Under the pieces are notes generated by a model. That model had not been told where the DNA came from. It was given only the letters and a program-made list of their open reading frames with translations, and made no database searches. A program made the position numbers and the translations under genes. A stretch of DNA of 64,000 nt from an uncultured Acidobacteriota bacterium (GTDB lineage: Bacteria > Acidobacteriota > Thermoanaerobaculia > UBA5066 > Gp7-AA6): assembly GCA_963825175.1 (NCBI GenBank), contig CAWGSA010000002.1, forward strand, positions 2,339,044 through 2,403,043, in the 5' to 3' direction. Shown here piece after piece: positions 43,235 through 52,000 of the stretch (position 1 is its first letter; each line of letters begins with the position of its first letter).

Positions 43235-44950
43235 TTGGAGACCCCGAGCTTTCTCGCGCCGCTCGTGCTGGTGTTCGTGGCGGCGCTGGCGGCGGCCTAC
43301 GGGCTCGCTCGCCTGCGCCAGCCGCCGCTGATCGGATACCTCTTAGCCGGCGCGCTGCTCGGTCCCTACGGCCTGCGGCTGGCGCGGGACATCCACCAGG
43401 TCGAAGCGCTGGCGCAAGTCGGCGTCGTCCTGCTTCTCTTCACCGTCGGCCTGGAGCTGTCGCTCTCGGATCTCGGAAGGCTCGGGCGTTTCGTCTGGGG
43501 CGCCGGGCCGATCCAGGTCGCCGGGACGCTTCTGGCCACGGCCGCGGCCATGACCCTGGCCGGCCGTGGAATCGCCCAGGGGATCTTCGTCGGATTCCTC
43601 GCCGCGCTCTCCTCCACGGCGATCGCGCTCAATCTCTTAATCGACCGCGGCGAGATCGACTCGCCCCACGGGCGGTTTCTCGTCGGGATGCTGATCTTCC
43701 AGGACCTCGCGGTCGTTCCGATGATGCTCCTGATCCCGGCCCTGGCCGGACAGGGCGGCGGCGTGGGCCCCGCCGCGATCGCGCTCGGGAAGACCGCCGC
43801 CACCGCCGCGGCCCTGGTCTTCGCCTCGCGGGTCCTGGTGCCGCGGTTTCTCTCGGCCGTCGTGGCGACGCGCCGCAAGGAGCTCTTCATCGTCGCGGTC
43901 CTGGTGATCGTCCTGGGCACGGCCCTGGCGACGTCGGCGGCCGGGCTCTCCCTCGCCCTCGGCGCGTTCTTGGCCGGCCTGGTGCTCTCCGAGTCGGAGT
44001 ACGGCCCGCAGACCATGGCCGACATCGCGCCGTTCCGCGATGCCTTCAACGCGCTCTTCTTCGTCGCGGTCGGGATGCTCTTCGATCCCCGCACGCTGGC
44101 GGCCCGGCCGGCCCTGGTGGCCGGGGCCCTCGTCCTGCTCTTCGCGATGAAGGTCTTCTGGGGCGGTCTCCCGGTCCTCGTCTACGGGTTCGGCATCCGG
44201 GTGGCCGCGACCGTGGGCGTCTCGCTCGCGCAGATCGGCGAGTTCTCCTTCGTCCTGGTGCGGCAAGGCCGCACGGCGGGGCTGATCTCGGAGGAGGGAT
44301 ATCAGGTCTTCCTCGCCGTGGCGCTCCTCTCCATGGTCGCGACGCCCCTCCTCTCCGAATCCGCCCACCGGTTCGGCCTCTCGCTGGCCAAGCGGATCCC
44401 GACGCCCCGGCAGGAGAGCCCGTCGGACCTTCCCTCGGAAGGACACGTGCTCGTCCTCGGGTTCGGGCACACCGGGGAAACCCTGGCGCGCGTGCTCGGG
44501 CGGGCCAAGGTTCCCTTCCGGGTCGTGGACCTCAATCCCGACCGGGTGCGCCAGGGCAAAGCCAAGAGGGTTCCCATCGAATACGGAGACGTGACCAACG
44601 ACCGCGTGTTGAAGCACGGCGGCATCGAGCGGGCCGTGGCCGTGCTCGTGCTCCTGTCCGATCCGCGCGCGACGCGGCGCGCCGTGGCCCGGTGCCGCGC
44701 CCATGCCCCGCGCGCCTTCCTGCTGGCGCGCACGCGCTACCTGACCGAGATCCCAGAGCTGTCCGCTCTGGGCGCCGACGAGGTCGTGGCCGAGGAGTTC
44801 GAGACCTCGCTGGAGATCTCCGGCCGGACGCTGCGGCGCCTGGGTTTTCCCGTTCCGTGGGTGGAGGCGGAAGCCGAGGAGATCCGCAGGGCCCGCCACG
44901 CCGCGTTCGGGCGATTCCGGCGAGACGAGCCGCCCGGCACGCCGCGCTGA
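43235..44950 (+). CDS. CPA2 cation:proton antiporter with TrkA-N domain (Kef-like)
   Basis: GVVLLLFTVGLE, LIFQDLA, QIGEFSFV, GFGHTG Rossmann motif, YGD. Confidence 0.9.
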   Translation: METPSFLAPLVLVFVAALAAAYGLARLRQPPLIGYLLAGALLGPYGLRLARDIHQVEALAQVGVVLLLFTVGLELSLSDLGRLGRFVWGAGPIQVAGTLLATAAAMTLAGRGIAQGIFVGFLAALSSTAIALNLLIDRGEIDSPHGRFLVGMLIFQDLAVVPMMLLIPALAGQGGGVGPAAIALGKTAATAAALVFASRVLVPRFLSAVVATRRKELFIVAVLVIVLGTALATSAAGLSLALGAFLAGLVLSESEYGPQTMADIAPFRDAFNALFFVAVGMLFDPRTLAARPALVAGALVLLFAMKVFWGGLPVLVYGFGIRVAATVGVSLAQIGEFSFVLVRQGRTAGLISEEGYQVFLAVALLSMVATPLLSESAHRFGLSLAKRIPTPRQESPSDLPSEGHVLVLGFGHTGETLARVLGRAKVPFRVVDLNPDRVRQGKAKRVPIEYGDVTNDRVLKHGGIERAVAVLVLLSDPRATRRAVARCRAHAPRAFLLARTRYLTEIPELSALGADEVVAEEFETSLEISGRTLRRLGFPVPWVEAEAEEIRRARHAAFGRFRRDEPPGTPR

Positions 44951-45010
44951 CGGAACAACGGCGCCCTCGGCGCGCCGCCGCCTTTCCTGCTTCCCAACGA
45001 CGAGTCCGGA

Positions 45011-45181
45011 TCAGGTGATGATGACGTCGTTCATCTTGATGATCAGGTACTCGTGCTGTTCCTTGCCGGCCTTGCGCCCGCCCCCGCCTCGGACGTTCTT
45101 CGCTCTCTTCGCGCTCAATGTCTTCTCGGGCAGATTCCGCAGACCCCGGGACTTCGACTTCGACGCCTTCTTCTGGCTCAT
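45011..45181 (-). CDS. Small leader + Hcp-like core peptide A (56 aa; not in ORF track)
   Basis: Hand translation: MSQKKASKSKSRGLRNLPEKTLSAKRAKNVRGG-GGRKAGKEQHEYLIIKMNDVIIT; AAGGGAG RBS. Confidence 0.85.
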   Translation of the reverse strand: MSQKKASKSKSRGLRNLPEKTLSAKRAKNVRGGGGRKAGKEQHEYLIIKMNDVIIT

Positions 45182-45216
45182 GACGCGTTCTCCCTTCTCT
45201 GTTGAGAATCCTCGTA

Positions 45217-45231
45217 GCAGTCCTGGTGCCA
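45217..45231 (-). promoter_or_regulatory. Sigma-54 (-24/-12) promoter for peptide A
   Basis: Minus strand reads TGGCAC-CAGGA-CTGC. Confidence 0.7.
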
Positions 45232-45321
45232 GCCGTCGGAGACGCCGGAACGTCTCCGACGATCTTTCTTCTCCTCCGACAGAGAGTGCCCTGCGCGCCC
45301 CCTTTATCCCACCCGTGGTGA

Positions 45322-45453
45322 TCTCTCTCCGCCAAGAGGCGCCATCGGGAGGCGACGAAGTCGGTTTCCCGCGCCAAGGCCATAACCATCAAGGGCGGTT
45401 CGCGCTTCCTCAGGCTCGACGGCATCAAGCGCGAGAGCTGCGACAAGAGGCCG
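45322..45453 (+). pseudogene. Relic leader + Hcp-N-terminus-like peptide E
   Basis: Frame reads ..ATKSVSRAKAITIKGG-SRFLRLDGIKRESCDKR; no start codon after the stop at 45319. Confidence 0.55.
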
Positions 45454-45756
45454 ATGACGTCGCGGAGTTCAGGCCCCCTCGGAGATGACCCGACCGTCGG
45501 CCGGGCACAGGACGTCGAAGTCGACTGCCATCTCTTCGTCACTGTCACTGCGAAACGAGTGCGCCTGCCGACGTCGAGATCGGAAATATTCCGATCAGCC
45601 GTCCTTCCCTCGATGTTTCGCGCCGTGCCGCTCTTTGGGGGCCGTCAGCGGGTGCTAGATTTGGCCCCAGCCCGCGGGTGATCCCCGGTCGCAGACGACA
45701 ACCCGTGGATTCTCGGCCTCGCCGGCAGGTCCTTGACCAGTGGGAGGAGGCGGTTT

Positions 45757-48312
45757 ATGGCAGACGAGACGCAGTTCCCGACGCTCGATTCGCCGGGACC
45801 GGCAGCGCCTCCGGTGGCTCCGCCCCTTCCGACCGAGATCGGGGGCTTTCGGATCCTCTCGATGCTCGGACGCGGAGGCATGGGCATCGTTTACGAGGCG
45901 GAGCAGCAAAACCCGAGACGTCGCGTCGCCCTGAAGGTCATCCGCGGCGGACGACTCGTCGACGAGGTCCAGCTGCGCCTCTTCCGCCGAGAAGCGGAGA
46001 CTCTGGCTCGACTCGTTCACCCCAACATCGCTGCCATCTACGAGGCTGGGGCGACGCCTGACGGCCAGCACTTCTTCACCATGGAGCTCGTCGGCGGCCA
46101 GCCGCTCGATGAATACGTTCGCCAGCGCATGGGCGGAGACGGCCCGACGGCCGCGCAGCTGCGCGATCGTCTCAGCCTCTTCGGAACGATCTGCCGCGCC
46201 GTCGGCTACGCGCACCAGCGCGGCGTGATCCATCGCGATTTGAAACCGTCGAACATTCTGGTGGTGCCGGGCCAATCTCCGACGGGGGACAGCATCGCAT
46301 CGGCCTCGGGCTTCCATGGACCGACCGTCAAGATCCTCGATTTCGGACTGGCCCGCATCACGGATGCCGATGTCCAGGCGACCGTGCAGAGCGAGATCGG
46401 GGAGATCAAGGGAACCCTGCCTTACATGAGTCCCGAGCAGGCGCGCGGCGACAGCCGCGAGATCGATCTGAGGAGCGATGTCTACGCGCTGGGCGTGATC
46501 CTCTACGAGATGATCACGAGCCGGTTTCCGTACGAGACGCAGGCGGTTTCCCTCGTCGTCGCCTTGAAGACGATCATCGAGGAGCCTCCGAAGCCGCTCC
46601 CGCAGTCGTTCCGCGGAGACTTCCGGCCCGATCCGGATCTCGGGACGATCGCCGGTAAGGCCCTCGAGAAGTCGCCCGACCGCCGGTATGCGAGCGCCAT
46701 CGCTCTGGCCGAGGACGTCGATCGCTACCTGGCTAACCAGCCGATCCTGGCCCACCCGCCGAGCACGGGCTACCAGGTTCGCAAGCTCGTCTCCCGCCAC
46801 AGGGCCGCCTTCGGGGTCGCCGCCGGCATCCTCGTCCTCCTCGTCGGAGTCGCCGTCGCTCTGGGCCTTCAGGCGCAGCAGATCCGCCGCGAGCGGGACC
46901 GCGCGACGCGTGAGGCCGCCAAGGCCACCGCGATCAACCAGTTCCTGCAGAAGACGCTCGGCGCCGCGGACCCCTGGCAGCGGGGATCCCGCGGCGTCAG
47001 CCTGGTCGACGCCCTCAAGCAGGCGCAGAAGCAGGTGCACGGCGCGTTCGCGAAGCAGCCTCTCATCGAAGCCGATGTGCTCGAGGCGATCGGGCGCACC
47101 TACATGGGCCTCGGGCAGTACGACGACGCCGAGTCGCTTCTGCGGTCCGCGCTGAAGATCCGCACGGCGACGAGCGGCCGCGAGACGGACGCTGCCGCTC
47201 AGACGCTAGCGGTCCTGGCCGAGACTCTTCGATGGGAGAAGAAGTCGGACGAAGCGGAGACGCTTCTGCGGGAAGAACTGGAGATCCGGAAAAAGCGCCA
47301 GGGCCCCGAGAGCGCGGAGGCCGCGGAGGCCATGGACGATCTCGCGCAAGCGCTCGTCGGCAAGAGCGCCTATCCCGAAGCCGACAAGCTCGCGACCGAA
47401 GGCCTTCGGATCCGCGAACGTCTCTTCGGGCCCTCGAGCGTCGAGGCGGCCAGGAGCCTGGCCACGATCGGGTCTCTCGCGCTCGAGCAAGACGACCTCC
47501 CGCGGGACGAGGAGGTGGAGCGGCGCCGCCTGGCGATCCTTCGCGAGCGGTCGAAAGACAATCCCGACCTCTACGCGGCCATAGGCGATCTCGCCATGGT
47601 GCGGCTCCTGCGCGGAGACCTTGCCGAGGCCGAGAAGCTCATGACCGAGAACCTGGAAGGGACGCGCCGGCTTCTGGGCGACGACCATCCGGAGACCGCT
47701 TCGGCGATGGAGAACCTCGGCAACGTCTGGTACCGACAGGGCCGCAGGGAAGAAGCCGCGCAGAATCTCGAGAAAATCATCGCGATCCGGAGCCGCGCCT
47801 TCGGAGCGGACTCCGAGCCCGTCGCGCGGTCCACGGCGAATCTCGGCACGGTGTACTGGGCATCGGGCAACGACGCGGCGGCGATCCCGAAATTCGAGGA
47901 GGCGGCGGCGAAGCTCGCGCGGTTCCTCGGTCCCGATCACCCCGACGTGGCCTCGACGCTTCTGACTCTGTCAATGTCTCTCCTGCGAGTCGGCCGGCTG
48001 GAGGAGGCCGAGACCATGGCGCGGAGAGCGTTGGCGATTCGGACGGCGAAGTTCGATGCCTCGAGCGCTCCCGTCGCGAGCAACCGCCTCCGGCTCGGGC
48101 AGGTGCTCACGGCGAGGAAGAAATACGCGGAGGCGGACGAGCTCCTCCGTCAGGCCGCTGAAGTCTTTGCCAGGACGGGCCCGTCAGCCAAGAACGCGCA
48201 AGACGCGATCAAGGCCCGCATGGACCTCTACCGCGCCTGGGGAAAACCCGCGCAGGCGAAGGCGCAGGAGGCGCTGCTGGCTGAAAGCGCCGCGAAGGCG
48301 GAGAAGAAATGA
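45757..48312 (+). CDS. Ser/Thr protein kinase with TM segment and TPR repeats
   Basis: LGRGGMG, VALK, HRDLKPSN, DFG, GTLPYMSPEQ; one hydrophobic segment; kinesin-light-chain-like TPRs (LGDDHPET, LGPDHPDV). Confidence 0.95.
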   Translation: MADETQFPTLDSPGPAAPPVAPPLPTEIGGFRILSMLGRGGMGIVYEAEQQNPRRRVALKVIRGGRLVDEVQLRLFRREAETLARLVHPNIAAIYEAGATPDGQHFFTMELVGGQPLDEYVRQRMGGDGPTAAQLRDRLSLFGTICRAVGYAHQRGVIHRDLKPSNILVVPGQSPTGDSIASASGFHGPTVKILDFGLARITDADVQATVQSEIGEIKGTLPYMSPEQARGDSREIDLRSDVYALGVILYEMITSRFPYETQAVSLVVALKTIIEEPPKPLPQSFRGDFRPDPDLGTIAGKALEKSPDRRYASAIALAEDVDRYLANQPILAHPPSTGYQVRKLVSRHRAAFGVAAGILVLLVGVAVALGLQAQQIRRERDRATREAAKATAINQFLQKTLGAADPWQRGSRGVSLVDALKQAQKQVHGAFAKQPLIEADVLEAIGRTYMGLGQYDDAESLLRSALKIRTATSGRETDAAAQTLAVLAETLRWEKKSDEAETLLREELEIRKKRQGPESAEAAEAMDDLAQALVGKSAYPEADKLATEGLRIRERLFGPSSVEAARSLATIGSLALEQDDLPRDEEVERRRLAILRERSKDNPDLYAAIGDLAMVRLLRGDLAEAEKLMTENLEGTRRLLGDDHPETASAMENLGNVWYRQGRREEAAQNLEKIIAIRSRAFGADSEPVARSTANLGTVYWASGNDAAAIPKFEEAAAKLARFLGPDHPDVASTLLTLSMSLLRVGRLEEAETMARRALAIRTAKFDASSAPVASNRLRLGQVLTARKKYAEADELLRQAAEVFARTGPSAKNAQDAIKARMDLYRAWGKPAQAKAQEALLAESAAKAEKK

Positions 48313-48316
48313 CGGC

Positions 48317-48502
48317 TTAGGGCGTGTACTTGAATTCGATCTTTCCGTAGTTGAAGCCGACCGACTCGGTTGGAGTGTCGCCGCCCTTGGCCGCCCGGGA
48401 ACCTCCCCGGACACCCTGGGCGGTCTTGGTGTCGATCGCCTTCTGGGGAAGGTTCTTCATCGACTTGACCGTCTTCGACTTCCTCGTCTTCTTCTTGTCC
48501 AT
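48317..48502 (-). CDS. Small leader + Hcp-like core peptide B (61 aa)
   Basis: MDKKKTRKSKTVKSMKNLPQKAIDTKTAQGVRGG-SRAAKGGDTPTESVGFNYGKIEFKYTP; GGGAGG RBS. Confidence 0.88.
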   Translation of the reverse strand: MDKKKTRKSKTVKSMKNLPQKAIDTKTAQGVRGGSRAAKGGDTPTESVGFNYGKIEFKYTP

Positions 48503-48553
48503 ACCGTCCTCCCTTTCTTCTGCGAGCCGTCTTGAGTTCCTGCGGCTTTCTTC

Positions 48554-48568
48554 GCAACCTCGGTGCCA
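48554..48568 (-). promoter_or_regulatory. Sigma-54 promoter for peptide B
   Basis: Minus strand reads TGGCAC-CGAGG-TTGC, matching the consensus. Confidence 0.8.
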
Positions 48569-48809
48569 GCGCGTCCGGCACGCCCGAACCCATTGCTCTG
48601 AGAGACCTTACCAAGAATCGGCCTCGGAGCGCGAACGGCGGACAGACTTGAAACGGAACATCTCGGTATCGAATCGAGGCTTCCTTTGCGGGGCGAACCG
48701 GCCTTGGCGGCAGCTGTCTTCAATCCTGCACGCAGAGCTTGCGTCCGGTGAACCTCTCTTCTCCGCCCCCTCCCCCTTTGACAAGGTCTCTGACCTTGGC
48801 CTTCAAGCT

Positions 48810-48989
48810 GCAGAAAGCGGCACACCCGGAGAGGCACAGAAGAAGCTCGAACCGGTGGTGGGCACCTTCGAGGCCAAGGTCAAGATGTGGATGGACCCGT
48901 CCAAGCCTCCCGAGGAGTCGACGGGAACTTCCGAGAACACCTGGCTTCTGGGCAACCGCTTCGTGCAGATGAGGTACGAAGGGACATGA
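48810..48989 (+). pseudogene. DUF1579-like fragment
   Basis: TPGEAQKKLEPVVGTF..MWMDP..GTSENTWLLGNRFVQ; truncated at both ends. Confidence 0.6.
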
Positions 48990-49073
48990 TGGGTCAGCGT
49001 TGTATAATTCGCCGTCCCAAACGCAAGCGATCCAAAAAAGAGCGGCGAAGCGAGGCTCCAGAGGGAGGATCTC

Positions 49074-52000
49074 GTGCAGGAACACGTTCCCGGACTCTCG
49101 GCGTCGGGCAACGCGAAGTGGATTGCCCTCTTTCTGACTTTCGCAGTCGCGCTGGTGGGCGCGGGCGTCCAGCCGAGCTCGGCCGGGGTCCCAACCCCTC
49201 CCACTCCGGGAGCCAAGTACTTCACGGTGACGCCGTGTCGGCTGCTGGACACGCGCAGCGCGACGCCGCTGATGAGCGGGACGGTGTACGGGATCCAGGC
49301 CACGGGCAACTGCGGGATCCCTGCGGGCGCCTTTGCGGTGGCGCTAAACGTGGTGGCGATCAACCCGACGGGCGGAGGGCACCTGACGCTGTACCCCGGG
49401 GCGGTGGTTCCGGCGACGGCGACCTTGAACTTCCTGGCGGATCACATCCGGGCCAACAACGCGATCGTGACCGTCGATGCCGCGGGTTCGTTCAACCTCC
49501 TTGCGACTCTGGGCGGCGGGACGCTGGACGTGGTGATCGACATCGCGGGTTACTTCGTGCAGGTGCCGCAGGGCGTGGACGATACGTACGCGACGCCCAA
49601 GGACACGCCGTTGAACGTCGTGGCGCCGGGAGTTCTGGGCAATGACGTGGGGACGGGGCTCTCGGCGGTAGCGTTCAACGGTCCGACGACACACGGCACG
49701 GTGAACCTGGCTGCGGACGGGAGCTTCACGTACACCCCGACAGCGGGCTACATCGGGACCGACAGCTTCACGTACACGGTGCAGAACGCGGCGGGGAGCT
49801 CGACGGCCACGGTGAACCTGACGGTAACGGAGTCGCCCTCGATCACCAGCGCGAACGCGGTGACGTTCAAGGTGGGCGTGGCGGGGACGTTTACGGTGAC
49901 GGCGACAGGGTTCCCGACGCCGTCGCTCACCGAGACGGGGTCGCTCCCGTCGGGCGTGACGTTCGTGGACAACGGCAACGGGACGGCGACGCTGGCGGGG
50001 ACGCCGGCGGCCGGGACGGGCGGGGCGTATCCGCTGACGCTGACGGCATCCAACGGCAGCCTGCCCAACGGGACGCAGGGATTCCACCTGACGGTGGACG
50101 AGGCGCCATCGATCACCAGCGCCAACGCGGCGAGCTTCACGGTGGGCGTGGCGGGGACGTTCACGGTGACGACGACGGGGTTCCCGACGGTGGGCTCGAT
50201 CACCGAGACGGGATCGCTCCCGTCGGGCGTGACGTTCGTGAACAACGGCAACGGAACGGCGACGTTGTCGGGGACGCCGGGTCCCAACACGGCGGGGACG
50301 TACCCGCTGACGATCACGGCGTCCAACGGGGTGACGCCGGACGCGACGCAGAGCTTCACGCTGTCGGCGGTGTGCGCGGGGATCACGGTGAGCCCGGCGA
50401 GCCTGCCGGGCGGAGTGGCGGGGACGCCGTACAGCCAGGGGCTGTCGGCCATCGGCGGCAACGGGCCGTACTCGTTCACGGTCACGTCCGGCGCGCTGCC
50501 GACGGGGTTGACGTTGAGCCTGGCGGGACTCCTGTCGGGGACACCGACGGCTGCCGGCTCCTTCCCCTTCACCGTGACGGCGACCGACGCCAACGGCTGC
50601 ATCGGGACGCAGCCCTACACGGTCGTGATCGTGTGTCCGACGATCACGGTCCTGCCTCCGGTCCTGCCCGACGGGACGTTGGGGGTGGCGTACTCGCAGA
50701 CCTTGACGGGCAGCGGCGGAGTCCCGTCGTACACGTTCACGGTGACGTCGGGAGCGCTTCCCGACGGGCTGACATTGTCGACCGCCGGTCTCCTGTCCGG
50801 CCCGCCCACCGCGGTGGGGACGTTCACCTTCACCGTGACGGCGACGGACGCGGACGGGTGTTCGGGGTCGCAGGCCTACACGGTGCGGATCTGTCCGGCC
50901 ATCGTGGTGTCGCCGGCGTCGCTGCCCGACGCGGTGATCAACGTGCCCTATCCGACCCAGACTGTGACGGCATCGGGAGGGACGGCTCCGTACACGTTCA
51001 CGGTGAGCGCGGGAGCGCTGCCGAGCGGGTTGAATCTCGATCCGAACACCGGGGACATCACCGGGACGGCGGACACGCTGGGGACGTCCACGTTCACGAT
51101 CCGTGCGACCCAGGCGGACGGGTGCTTCGGGGAGCGGGCCTACACCGTGCATACCTGCGTGGCGCAGGCCCTGGCTCCGCCGCCGGGCGCGCTGGTGGGC
51201 GGCACGACGGGCACGCCCTACAATGCAAGTATTGTTGCCTCGGGCGGCGCGGGGCCCTACACCTACGCCGTGACCTCCGGCGCGCTTCCGCACAACCTGT
51301 CCTTGAACGTCAACACGGGCGCCATCACCGGCACGCCGGACACGGTCGGCAACGCGACGTTCACCGTCACGGCCACCGACACGGCCACCGGGTGCACGAT
51401 CGCGGGCGGCTACACGATCCTGATCTGCTCGACGATCACGGTCAACCCGGCCACCCTGCCGGGCGGCACGGACGGATCGAGCTACTCCCAGACCGTCAGC
51501 GCGGTCGGCGGCACGGGGCCCTTCACCTTCGCCGTCACCGCCGGAGCGCTGCCCGACGGCCTCCTGCTCAACGCCTCGACAGGAGACATCACCGGGACGC
51601 CGACCGTCGCGAACCTCTTCAACTTCACCATCACCGCCACCGACTCGATCGGCTGCACGGGCAGCCGCGCCTACTCCGTGCGCATTTGTCCGGTGATCAC
51701 GGTCAATCCGCTCCCGTCCGTGTGCGCCACGGCCGGCGGCGGCTACAGCCAGACCATCACGGCCACGGGCGGAACCGGTCCCTACACCTTCGCGGTCGCG
51801 AGCGGCTCGCTTCCGCCGACGCTTGTCCTCGCCTCCGGCGGCCTGCTGAGCGGCACGACCACGACGGCCGGCAACTTCACCTTCACCGTCACCGCCACCG
51901 ACTCCAACGGCTGCACCGGCAGCGCGTCGTTCACCATCCCCGTCCTGACTCTCGCCCCGGCCGGACCCGGCCTGCCCGATGCGACCTTCGGATCCGCCTA

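Noticed and set aside
45015-45488. 157-aa plus-strand ORF
   Set aside because: Antisense to peptide A, which has an RBS, a promoter and paralogs.
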